The position numbers and the translations under genes were made by a program. From an uncultured archaeon (GTDB lineage: Archaea; EX4484-52; JAADEF01), in contig CAYOWP010000008.1 of NCBI GenBank assembly GCA_964407715.1, forward strand, positions 7,161 to 50,911: a stretch of DNA of 43,751 bases. Direction: 5' to 3'. Shown piece by piece: positions 28,788 through 37,776 of this stretch. The first letter of the stretch is position 1, and every line of letters starts with the position of its first letter. The notes below the pieces were generated by a model. It was not told where the DNA came from, did no database searches, and saw nothing but the letters and a program-made list of their open reading frames with translations.

Positions 28788-30419
28788 TTATTTTTCATAT
28801 GCTCTCTTAATGTATTCTGTCAAGGTTCTGTGCGTATTGAACAAGCTACCCACAACCTTCAAAGCATTTCTTCCTATCTGAAGATATTCATGCTCTCTTT
28901 CCCTATACAACTTTAATATCTCCTCTAACTTATCATAGAAATCCTTTATGTCTTCCTTTTCATTAAATTCCTCAGGATTTAGTATGTTCTTTCCAAAAAA
29001 CCATCCATTATATCCATCAACTATAGCCTCTAAGGTACCGCCATCTTTAGATGAGAGTACAGGTACCGCATTTAAAGATGCTCTCATCCATGATGTTCCG
29101 CAGGCTTCATATGGAGGAATAGGAGAATGAATAAATAGATCTCCTCCACTTACTGCGATCCTTTCATAAGGTTTACCATTCTTAAGAAGAATCGCAAGTT
29201 TTGAGTGATTTAATGTTGGCATTATATCAAGGAGATATTTGAGTATCTTCTTTCCACTGTTATCATGCGGATGCAATGTACCGCTTACCAAAACCTGCAC
29301 TTTGTATCTCTTGGAGATTTCTTCTATTCTTTCAATATCCTTGAAGACAATATCGTTTCTTTTATAGCCAGTTATTCTCCTTCTTAAAACCAATAAGATA
29401 CTTGTTTTATCAAACCTCTTGTTATATATGGCTTCAGAGTTTATTACATTTATTAGTTTTTTCTTTATAATCTGTTTAGCTTCTTTAAGCTCTTCGAGAT
29501 CTATGTTACCAGCATACACGAATTTCTCAGGATGATGGAACCATCTTGGAATGTATTTATCATATAAAATCCTCATGGGTTGTTCAATCCATTTTGTATG
29601 AACTCCATTTGTGATATAATCTATATCTTCATCATGAAACATTTTCTTTATAATTAGCCAATGCTTCCAAGATACGCAATTTTTATATGAGGAAAGTTTT
29701 AATAGCACAAGCGTTGTATGAAGTTTCTCTGGAGAAATACTTTTTATGATATCAGGAACTTTATAGTACTTCTCAACATGTTCATATTCATACACTTCAT
29801 GACCATGAGGCAGGGGGGTGTGAGATGTAAATATTATTTTATTTTTTGTTTTTTCAATGTTTTGATATCTCTTAAGTAATTCAATAGCAAGAAATACGCA
29901 ATGCGATTCATTGAGATGAAATTTTTTGATAGGGAGATTAAGCTCATCCACTATTTTTAATGTTCCAAGACCTAAAAGTATCCTCTTTAGTATAAATTCT
30001 TCTTTATCCCTATCAATGTACACCCTATCACTTAACCTTCTTATTTTTTCATCATTTTCTTCTATATCCGTATCTATAAAATAGACCTCTACATCATCAC
30101 TTAAATTATATTTCCATGCCTGAAACCATATTTTCATGTTTTCCAAATCTATGCAGAATTTTCTTTTTATTTTTATAAAGAATTCCTCAGGGTCAAAAGG
30201 GTCTTCTTCAAATATGATTTCTCCGTTTTGTATTCTATTTTTTACATATCCTTTTTTATATACCAAAGTGAACCCTGTCATTGGATATCTTATATCTCTT
30301 GCTGCTGAGAACAACCCACCTGCTAAGATTCCCAAACCCCCTGCATAGTTTCTTAAATCACTAATTAAGACTTCCATAGAAACAAAGCCAATCCTTGATT
30401 TCTCATTCTCCATAATCAT
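28788..30419 (-). CDS. glgP: Alpha-glucan (glycogen/maltodextrin) phosphorylase-like protein, GT35, short form
   Basis: YAGGLGILAG, HLNESH, FTSHTP, ITNGVH, RRITGYKR, EACGTSWMRASLN. Likely start at ATG 30419 or 30413 rather than GTG 30482. PLP lysine is replaced by Arg (see findings). Confidence 0.85.
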   Translation of the reverse strand: MIMENEKSRIGFVSMEVLISDLRNYAGGLGILAGGLFSAARDIRYPMTGFTLVYKKGYVKNRIQNGEIIFEEDPFDPEEFFIKIKRKFCIDLENMKIWFQAWKYNLSDDVEVYFIDTDIEENDEKIRRLSDRVYIDRDKEEFILKRILLGLGTLKIVDELNLPIKKFHLNESHCVFLAIELLKRYQNIEKTKNKIIFTSHTPLPHGHEVYEYEHVEKYYKVPDIIKSISPEKLHTTLVLLKLSSYKNCVSWKHWLIIKKMFHDEDIDYITNGVHTKWIEQPMRILYDKYIPRWFHHPEKFVYAGNIDLEELKEAKQIIKKKLINVINSEAIYNKRFDKTSILLVLRRRITGYKRNDIVFKDIERIEEISKRYKVQVLVSGTLHPHDNSGKKILKYLLDIMPTLNHSKLAILLKNGKPYERIAVSGGDLFIHSPIPPYEACGTSWMRASLNAVPVLSSKDGGTLEAIVDGYNGWFFGKNILNPEEFNEKEDIKDFYDKLEEILKLYREREHEYLQIGRNALKVVGSLFNTHRTLTEYIKRAYEK

Positions 30420-30540
30420 AAATAAAAATAATATATTAGGATTAATATAAAGATTTTCCTTTCCTCTAAAAAGCATAACCACTTTGATGCACTTTTTGTT
30501 TGAGGTGCGTCATGTTAATCAAAAATTTTTATTGGGAATG

Positions 30541-30840
30541 TGGTTAACGCGAGGAATTCGCTATCACAAGCGAATCACAGCATGGTAACCTTTAAAAGAG
30601 TTTAGCTGTTGTTATATGCCCTCTTAAGAGGCTATGTTTCCCCTTAACCACTTTTTATTTAAAATAAAATCTGGTTAACGGGAAAAATCGCTTTTCAAGG
30701 CACATTAGAGCATGCTAACCCTTTACAAGAGGTTAGCTGCTTCAAAACCGCTTGAAGAGGTTAGCTGCTCTGATATGTCTCATTGATAATGTAATCTTCC
30801 CGTTAACCAATTCTCTGAAGTTTTACAGCATGCTAACCTT
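30541..30840 (+). repeat. Tandem array 2 of palindromic elements (2 full + fragment)
   Basis: Copies 30541-30650 (short) and 30672-30809 (long), plus a left-arm fragment TTTTACAGCATGCTAACC at about 30820-30840. Confidence 0.93.
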
Positions 30841-30862
30841 TTTTCTTTTTTAAAGACAGTTC

Positions 30863-30877
30863 AAAGATTTTTAATAT
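30863..30877 (+). promoter_or_regulatory. Putative BRE/TATA box of pelota
   Basis: AAAGATTTTTAATAT about 26-40 bp upstream of ATG 30903, with no SD; consistent with a leaderless transcript. Confidence 0.5.
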
Positions 30878-30902
30878 TATCTCTACATAATATTTCATCT
30901 TT

Positions 30903-31898
30903 ATGAAGATATATCCAAAAAAAGAGAAAAATGGGTTTACGATAATCATTGAGAGCTTTGAGGATTTATATTATTTAGATAAGATCATAGAACCAGAAGA
31001 TTTGGTAGGTAAAGTAGATTTTAGAACAACATCACGAGGAGAAAGAGGAGAGAAGAAAAAAGCATATATAAAGATAAGAGTTAAAAATGTTTCTTTGGAT
31101 TTAGATAATAAACAGGTGAGAGTGTTGGGGGAGATAACAGAGGCGCCAGAGGATATACTAAAAGGACATCACTCTTTTGTATTAACCATAGAGGATAAAT
31201 TTGATCTCTATAAATCTAAAATAGATGAGCTATTTAGAAGCATCATTAAAAAACTTAAGAGCCATAAATCTTTCAATGTTTTAGGTGTTGTGGTTGATAA
31301 TAAGGAAGCCACTTTTGGAGAAATAAGACGCTCTTCTGTTAAAGAGATTTTTACAATAAAAAACAAAATAAAAAAAGGAGTAGAGGATAATGAAATCTTT
31401 TATGAGGAAGTCGCTGATAAAATTGATGAGATATGCGATAGATATGATATTGTCATTCTTGCAGGTCCAGGTTTTGCAAAAGATGAAGTAATGAAAAAAC
31501 TAAAAAACTGTAAAGCATTTGTTGGAGATACAAGCGTTACTGGAGAGACGGGATTGAAGGAGATTGTAAGGAGAGGATTACTTTCAAGGGCATTACGTGA
31601 AAGTACAATAGAAGAGGAAATCTCTATCATAGAGAGGTTTTTTGAAGAACTCAAAAAGCAATCTGGATTGGTCACTTATGGCTTTGATTATGTGATGCGC
31701 GCACTTGATATGGGTGCTGTTGAAACACTAATTATTGCGTATGAATATCTTAAGATAAAGGAGGTTAAAGAAATCTTTGAGAAAGCTGAGCATACCTCTG
31801 CAAGAATAATCATTGTGGAAGATATAAATCCATACTATAACCAAATAAAATCAATGGGTGGCGTATTAGCATTTTTAAGATATAGTTTAGAGTTTTAG
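30903..31898 (+). CDS. pelA: mRNA surveillance/ribosome rescue protein Pelota (Dom34)
   Basis: EDLYYL..II...D, RVLGEI, GHHSF, AGPGFAK, G..GLKEIVRRG, VTYG, GAVETL, GGVLAFLRY. Confidence 0.93.
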   Translation: MKIYPKKEKNGFTIIIESFEDLYYLDKIIEPEDLVGKVDFRTTSRGERGEKKKAYIKIRVKNVSLDLDNKQVRVLGEITEAPEDILKGHHSFVLTIEDKFDLYKSKIDELFRSIIKKLKSHKSFNVLGVVVDNKEATFGEIRRSSVKEIFTIKNKIKKGVEDNEIFYEEVADKIDEICDRYDIVILAGPGFAKDEVMKKLKNCKAFVGDTSVTGETGLKEIVRRGLLSRALRESTIEEEISIIERFFEELKKQSGLVTYGFDYVMRALDMGAVETLIIAYEYLKIKEVKEIFEKAEHTSARIIIVEDINPYYNQIKSMGGVLAFLRYSLEF

Positions 31899-31912
31899 AT
31901 TTTGATGATATC

Positions 31913-32693
31913 TCATTTTTTGCTTTTGTCATAATTATACACGTTGATAAGCTTTTTAGCCGTCCATTTTAATGGTTTAAAAGATACGAACATTCTCATT
32001 AATCCTAAGGAATAATAATCTATGAGCTCTGTAATTTCTCTTTCTTTCATAGTCTTAGTATCGCACTTTTTAGCAAGATCTTCTCTATGATAATATTTAA
32101 AGACCTCAGTTATAGGGTTAACATAGAATTTAGGGGGATTTCTTTTTTTCCTATTTTTTGGTATAGCTTATAGATGTTCCATATTCTTTCTATGGCAAGC
32201 ATATGATTTGGGAATGCTATAGAGTAAATCCTACAAAGATTAAGCCTTTTAGATTCCCTATAAATAGATCTTATTTCTCTAAGGGTATCGGTATTTTTAT
32301 TATCCTTTAATACATGATAATATGAGAGAGGATAAGAGATTTCCTTTTTTATAGCTTCATAAATAATTTCTACCCCAGGAATAGCATCTTTAACTAACAC
32401 AGTATTGCCTTCATGAATAGCTATAGGAGTCTTTTCCTTTAAAAAATATTTTTCTTCATTTGTGAGAATGGTTGCTAATGCTTTCACCATTAATTCACTT
32501 TCCTCTGTAAGGGAATAATTCTTAGGATCCCTGGATCACCGCCATGATATAGATATCCATAAAAATGAGCATTTAACATTGTTCCTTTTGGATATTTCTT
32601 GATTTCTTCTATAACCTCATTGAATGGCTTGTACAACTTGACATTTCTTGGATTATAGAGATCCTCCCTTCTAAGAAGCCCTCTATATACCAT
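31913..32693 (-). pseudogene. Single ~260-codon gene split by two -1 frameshifts, weakly DUF218/YdcF-like
   Basis: ORF 32490..32693, ORF 32110..32490 and an unlisted frame ending at TGA 31913 join into one reading frame if one G is added to GGG (32530-32532) and one A to the A7 run (32143-32149). NTDTLRE...IYSIAFPNHM resembles the DUF218 NT.EN...LVT...HM motif. Confidence 0.55.
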
Positions 32694-32756
32694 ATCATGC
32701 TAATATAATTTTTGAAAAAATTTTTAAATTTTTGTATGGTTTTCAAAATAAGAAAT

Positions 32757-33436
32757 TGGTTAACGCGAAAATATCGCTTTTCAAGACACATTAGAGCATG
32801 CTAACCCTTTACCAGAGGTTAGCTGCTCTGATATGGCTCATTGATAAGGTATTCTTCCCCTTAACCCTATTTTATTTATCCACTGAATGGTTAACGGGAA
32901 GAAATCGCTATTATAAAGGTTTTGAGCATGCTAACCTATTTAAAAGGTTAGCTGCTCTCTAACCGCTTGAAGAGGTTAGATGCTGTGATATGCTCTCTTG
33001 AGAGGCTATGCTGCCCCTTAACCATTTTTATTTAATCTGGTTAACGGGAAGATATCACCATCATAAGCACATTGGAGTATAGTAACCCTTTGTGAAGGTT
33101 AGCTGTTGTTATATGCTCTCTTCGGAAGGTAATTTTCCCCTTAACCATATTTTATTTATTCAATGAAATGGTTAACGGGAGGATATCATCAATACAAGGA
33201 GCTTGCAGCATGCTAACCATCTCCAAAAGGTTAGCTGCTTCAAAACCGCTCGGAGAGTTTAGCTTCTCTGATATGCTATTGATAATGTATTCTTCCCGTT
33301 AACCATTTTTATTTATTCAATGAAATGGTTAACGGGAGGAAATCGCTATCATAAAGGTTTTGCAGCATGCTAATCTCTTCTGCGGGTTAGCTGCTCCAAT
33401 ACGCTGGATAAAAGGGATTATGTTTTCCGTTAACCA
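32757..33436 (+). repeat. Tandem array 3 of palindromic elements (5 full copies)
   Basis: Copies 32757-32866 (short), 32888-33024 (long), 33038-33147 (short), 33169-33305 (long), 33326-33436 (short). Confidence 0.95.
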
Positions 33437-33462
33437 AAAATGAAAAACAACGAAGATTTCCT

Positions 33463-33475
33463 GAAACTTTAAATA
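33463..33475 (+). promoter_or_regulatory. Putative BRE/TATA box
   Basis: GAAACTTTAAATA, with TTTAAATA 26-33 bp upstream of ATG 33501. Confidence 0.55.
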
Positions 33476-33500
33476 TTTTACTGAAATAATTCAATATAGT

Positions 33501-34160
33501 ATGAGGATCAATATCACACCACAAGCGGTGTATGAGTTTGTAAATAATATAAGCAAGGATCCAAATCCAATACATAGGGAGAAGAATCCTGTAATCCCTG
33601 GGGATCTTTTGGTTTCTCTATACCTCATAACCAAAGGACTTCAATATGGTGAGTTCTCTTTTAACTCTATTAGGAAAGCACCTGTAGAGATAGAGATAAG
33701 AGATGGTGGAATATATCACAATAACAAAAAAATTATATCTTATCAATTATATCATATGATACCTTATAAGATGTTAGAATCTTATGATATAGCCTGGGAA
33801 GAAGTTAATTCCAATGAGAAATTGAATGAAGTAATAAGATTTTTTAATAAGCATTTTGATAACATTTTTGATACATATTATCCTAAGAGACCGCATAGAG
33901 AATCAGTAGCACGACTGATTTTTGCTTATACTCTTTTAACTAACAAGATAGCATCATATATTAATGAAAAATATAAAAATGTATCGTTAGCAGTATATAC
34001 GCGACATTCATTTGTATCTACTTTAGAGCATAAAGATTCAAATGATATAACATATGTTATTGAGGAAAATAAGGAAAAAAGAATAGCTTTAATAAGGGCA
34101 TTTATGCCATACAATCCAGATATTATAATCTCAAAGGAAGTAAAATTAAAGTATAAGTAA
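33501..34160 (+). CDS. Hotdog-fold (MaoC/DUF3581-like) protein
   Basis: N-terminal F...ISKDPNPIH....IPGDLL resembles the MaoC-type D.NPIH...PG motif. Confidence 0.55.
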   Translation: MRINITPQAVYEFVNNISKDPNPIHREKNPVIPGDLLVSLYLITKGLQYGEFSFNSIRKAPVEIEIRDGGIYHNNKKIISYQLYHMIPYKMLESYDIAWEEVNSNEKLNEVIRFFNKHFDNIFDTYYPKRPHRESVARLIFAYTLLTNKIASYINEKYKNVSLAVYTRHSFVSTLEHKDSNDITYVIEENKEKRIALIRAFMPYNPDIIISKEVKLKYK

Positions 34161-34170
34161 ATCTAAAGCA

Positions 34171-35556
34171 TCAATACTTTTTTCCAACACTCCATCTATA
34201 TAGCTTTTCCAAAGAATCTACAGCTTCATAAACTGAAGAATATGCAATTATACCTTTGCTCTCAAGCATTTTTCTAAAAATGTTTGCATATGTACCACCT
34301 TCAACCACACCAACTATAATTTTATCTGTGACTTTGTTATATTCAGATAAAACGTCAATTACCTCTTTTCCTAAAGAGAAAGTTTGTACAAGCATGATTA
34401 CTATAAAAGCACCTATTTTTGGATTATCAGAAAAAGCATTAAGCACATTTTTATATCTCTCACTATCCGCATCTCCAATAATATCTAAGGGATTGTGTAT
34501 ATTAGCATATTCTGGTAGATATTTTCTAACTCTACGAATATCTTTAGATGTTAACTCATAAAGCGATAGTAATTTAGATGAGGAAATTTCATCAGCTGCT
34601 AACACTCCAAATCCTCCTCCATTGGTGATAACCAAAACTTCCTTTTTTGTCATTTTTTTGCCAATAGAGAATATCTTCAGATAATTCTCAAAATCTCTAA
34701 AATTATTAGCAAGAATTGCATTTGTTTGATTACACATTCCTTTAAAGATTTCATAATTCCCTGCAAGACTCCCAGTATGCGTTAAAGTTGCCTTATTTCC
34801 TTTTTCAGTTTTCCCACCTTTCACTACAACTATTGGCTTTTTAGATTTCTTAAATAATTCATATATTTTTCTTCCGTTTCTTATGCCCTCTATATACACC
34901 CCAATAACCTTTGTTTGCGCATCTTCTATGAAATACTCCAAGAAATCAATCTCATTTAGATCACAAGCATTGCCATAACTAACAAATCTGCTTATACCTA
35001 TAAGCTCATCAGCGAATCTATCTATAAGTGCAGCCCCTAAGGCACCACTCTGAAATATCAAAGAGATATTCCCTTTTTTTGGCTTTGTTACTTTATTCTC
35101 AGGCAAGAATAACACATCAAATTTAGAGTGATTATCCAATATTCCAAGACAATTTGGTCCAATAACTCTAGTTTTGTAGTTATGTTCCTTTATCATGTCT
35201 ATTAGCTCTCTCTCCCTTTTCACACCTTCTCCTCCAATTTCCCTATACCCAGCTGTAATTACAATAACAAACTTTACTCCTTTCTCCATACATTCCCTTA
35301 TTACCATATTTGAGATAGAGGCATTTACCACAATGACAGCTACGTCCACTTCATCAGGTACATCCTTTATGGTTTTATATGCTTTTCTTCCTTCAATTTT
35401 ATCATATTTTGGATTGATGAGATATAGTTTTCCTTTATATTTTGAGATTAAATTTTTCATGATGGTATAGGAGGCTTTTTCTTTATGTGCAGTAGCACCA
35501 ATAATTGCTACGGATCTCGGAGAAAACAATCTTTCCAAATTTTTCATTTTGCTCAT
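34171..35556 (-). CDS. acdA: Acetate--CoA ligase (ADP-forming), alpha subunit
   Basis: PRSVAIIGA, YLINPK, ITAGYRE, IGPNCLG, QSGALG, SYGN, YIEG, THTGSLAG (phospho-His), TNGGG, NPLDIIGDA. Confidence 0.92.
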   Translation of the reverse strand: MSKMKNLERLFSPRSVAIIGATAHKEKASYTIMKNLISKYKGKLYLINPKYDKIEGRKAYKTIKDVPDEVDVAVIVVNASISNMVIRECMEKGVKFVIVITAGYREIGGEGVKRERELIDMIKEHNYKTRVIGPNCLGILDNHSKFDVLFLPENKVTKPKKGNISLIFQSGALGAALIDRFADELIGISRFVSYGNACDLNEIDFLEYFIEDAQTKVIGVYIEGIRNGRKIYELFKKSKKPIVVVKGGKTEKGNKATLTHTGSLAGNYEIFKGMCNQTNAILANNFRDFENYLKIFSIGKKMTKKEVLVITNGGGFGVLAADEISSSKLLSLYELTSKDIRRVRKYLPEYANIHNPLDIIGDADSERYKNVLNAFSDNPKIGAFIVIMLVQTFSLGKEVIDVLSEYNKVTDKIIVGVVEGGTYANIFRKMLESKGIIAYSSVYEAVDSLEKLYRWSVGKKY

Positions 35557-35658
35557 AATTTTATCTATATATACAAAAAACTATATATACATTATAAGTA
35601 CTTTATTTTATTTAAGATTATTTAATGATGAATTTTCCTTCAAGAGAGGAGGGATAAT

Positions 35659-36771
35659 GTGAAGGCAAAAGAAAAGATAATAAGATCTGCTTTTGTGTTG
35701 CTAATTATGAGCGCTTTGCTATGCAATTTATCTTATCCTATATCAATATCTAATCCTCTTTTATGTGATATGTTTAAAAAGGATAATATTCCAAATGATT
35801 ATTATCCAATTGTAGGTGTAGCAACCGATAATGTGGATGCTAATGGTAATCCAATCAATGGGCATCTTTCTCAATTAACGCCAAATATAAAAGATGGAAA
35901 TTATACATATGTGATAGCATGCAATACAAAAAATTATGTTGAGATAGAAGGAAAGGTATTAGAGAAGTATCAAACATGTGAAGATTTTGGATATGCATAT
36001 GTAATAAATATGAGCGATAAGGAAAATGCTCATGTAAAATCTCCATATTCCACTTTACCTGATAAGTATTATAATGAGCTTTGTATTAATATATTGGCAT
36101 TTTTAGTTGGAGGGAGCGGTCTTATATATTGTGATGTTAAGGATGGAGATTGCAATAGTGATGAAGGATGTATGTTCAAATTTATTGGGACAGGAAGCGG
36201 AGGTTCAGCTATTGATTCAAATGCTCATGTATATCATTGCAACACATCTATATTTACTTCTCCTTCTCAATATAAGAGTGTTTGTTGTAAATTACTTGTG
36301 AATCCGGAAGGAGAGGTAATAATAGATATAAAATCTTCTATAATATCTCAAAATGAAACATATTTACAATTAGGAATGTATTCACAATTTTTGGTATCTC
36401 TTTATAATCCATCAAGCAAACCTCAATCAGTTACATTAGAGCTTGGTACTACAAATGATGAAAACGGAAAGATTTTCAAAAACTTTATATGGTTCAGTGG
36501 GAAGGGAGCTGCATCAAAAAGAGAAACAATAACTCTTAAACCTTATGAGAGGGATTATGTGATTGTGAATATCTTTGGAGGAAAGGTTGGGAAATATAAG
36601 TTATACATTCTAAAAGATAAGGATGGCGAAAAGATAAAACTTTATGAAATTAATGTTACGGTATTACCTTCTTCTACAATAGGAATTTCTGAGGAATCAC
36701 CAGAATTTGGGCAGGTGTTTATGCTAGCAATACTAATATGCGCATCTATGTTATTGTACAGAAAACTATAG
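35659..36771 (+). CDS. Cys-rich secreted protein with PEF-CTERM-like sorting tail
   Basis: GAGGAGG SD, signal peptide, Cys-rich NAHV repeats, C-terminal SPEF + TM helix + RK. Confidence 0.75.
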   Translation: MKAKEKIIRSAFVLLIMSALLCNLSYPISISNPLLCDMFKKDNIPNDYYPIVGVATDNVDANGNPINGHLSQLTPNIKDGNYTYVIACNTKNYVEIEGKVLEKYQTCEDFGYAYVINMSDKENAHVKSPYSTLPDKYYNELCINILAFLVGGSGLIYCDVKDGDCNSDEGCMFKFIGTGSGGSAIDSNAHVYHCNTSIFTSPSQYKSVCCKLLVNPEGEVIIDIKSSIISQNETYLQLGMYSQFLVSLYNPSSKPQSVTLELGTTNDENGKIFKNFIWFSGKGAASKRETITLKPYERDYVIVNIFGGKVGKYKLYILKDKDGEKIKLYEINVTVLPSSTIGISEESPEFGQVFMLAILICASMLLYRKL

Positions 36772-37425
36772 GTTTTTTAATTTTTTCAATACATACATTA
36801 GTTCCTTAGAATCATTTACATAATATAATCTTCCTTTAAATTTTTCTATGTATTTTTCGATCTCATAAGGGAGTTTATCTTTAATGAAGGGTTTATATAT
36901 GATTGTAGAGTATGATATTCTCTTTCCTGCTAATGTTTCTGGATGAATTATATCTCTTTTTGCTTTTACTTCTGGTTTTTTACCTTCGAACAGCTTATAT
37001 AAATAGTATCCATAAACCAGTTCACCCATAGAACCTAAGCTAATGCCCAACATCAATATAACATCCCCTAAGATGCAGTGTATGAGATCCTGTTTATACC
37101 AATTATTTGTGTCAATGAACTCATCAAACAAAGCATTTCCCCTTACTTTAGTTTCTATATATGTTTTTAGATGCTCTATGCCAAATTCTTTATCACTATA
37201 AGGAATAGTGCCTATAACTTTTCTTCCTCCATATTCTTTGTACTTCTTAGCAACCTCAAGGGAAACGCCTCTATCTGGGAGTAAAAGTATCTCACATTCT
37301 GTCTTTGCTAAGACTTTCCCAATTTCTTCTATTTCTTTCTCAAAATCTTCTTTTTTGATTTTAAGCAGATTAAAGTAATGATATTCTATATCCCCAGCTC
37401 CAATTAAGCATATCTTTAACCTCAT
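36766..37425 (-). CDS. SLOG/LOG-superfamily nucleotide-binding protein
   Basis: KICLIGAG, GVSLEVAK...GGRKVIGTIP, DVILMLGISLGSMGEL pattern similar to LOG-family G.GT..E. Confidence 0.6.
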   Translation of the reverse strand: MRLKICLIGAGDIEYHYFNLLKIKKEDFEKEIEEIGKVLAKTECEILLLPDRGVSLEVAKKYKEYGGRKVIGTIPYSDKEFGIEHLKTYIETKVRGNALFDEFIDTNNWYKQDLIHCILGDVILMLGISLGSMGELVYGYYLYKLFEGKKPEVKAKRDIIHPETLAGKRISYSTIIYKPFIKDKLPYEIEKYIEKFKGRLYYVNDSKELMYVLKKLKNL

Positions 37426-37449
37426 GCTTCCACTATTATTTTAAATATG

Positions 37450-37721
37450 ATGGGGAGCGGAAGGTAGTGGACATTCCTATTAGGTAACCTACCTATGTGC
37501 CTACCTTATATCTCATGACTCCTCTAACATGGCATATGTGACTTATGGCTGCTCCCTCCCGGGCCTGACCAGGTTCATCACATATACCATCCAGAGGGAG
37601 AGATACTCATTGTTCAGCACATAGGCTGTTACCTAATGGATATGCCGCCTACCTTCCTTCGGCACCTCCTTAAGGGCTGGAGGTTACAGGGCCTTGCCCA
37701 AGGACCCCTGCCTATCCCCAT
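37450..37721 (-). ncRNA. ffs: Signal recognition particle RNA (7S)
   Basis: Minus strand has helix 8 TGGTCAGGCCC-GGGA-GGGAGCAGCCA, Alu-domain CCCTGTAACC motif, terminal helix ATGGGGA/TCCCCAT, long helix 5, and TTTTTAAAT TATA box about 25 bp upstream. Confidence 0.93.
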
Positions 37722-37776
37722 AATAAATCCATAAGTTATAAATTTAAAAACTTTATTAAAATTCTTATAGAATTAT

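Noticed and set aside
30541-30809. Classical MITE with target-site duplications
   Set aside because: 13-bp terminal inverted repeats are present, but I see no consistent TSD. Copies are palindromic throughout, tandem with reused linkers and uniformly oriented.
32757-33436. Integron attC cassette array
   Set aside because: AAC/GTT cores and a bulged base are reminiscent, but no ORFs lie between sites, the ends fit RYYYAAC/GTTRRRY poorly, flanking genes include housekeeping genes and no integrase is present. Not fully excluded mechanistically.
32609-33575. ORFs 32609..32791 and 33387..33575 on the minus strand
   Set aside because: Short, overlap repeat copies, promoters and better-supported genes; no recognisable motifs.
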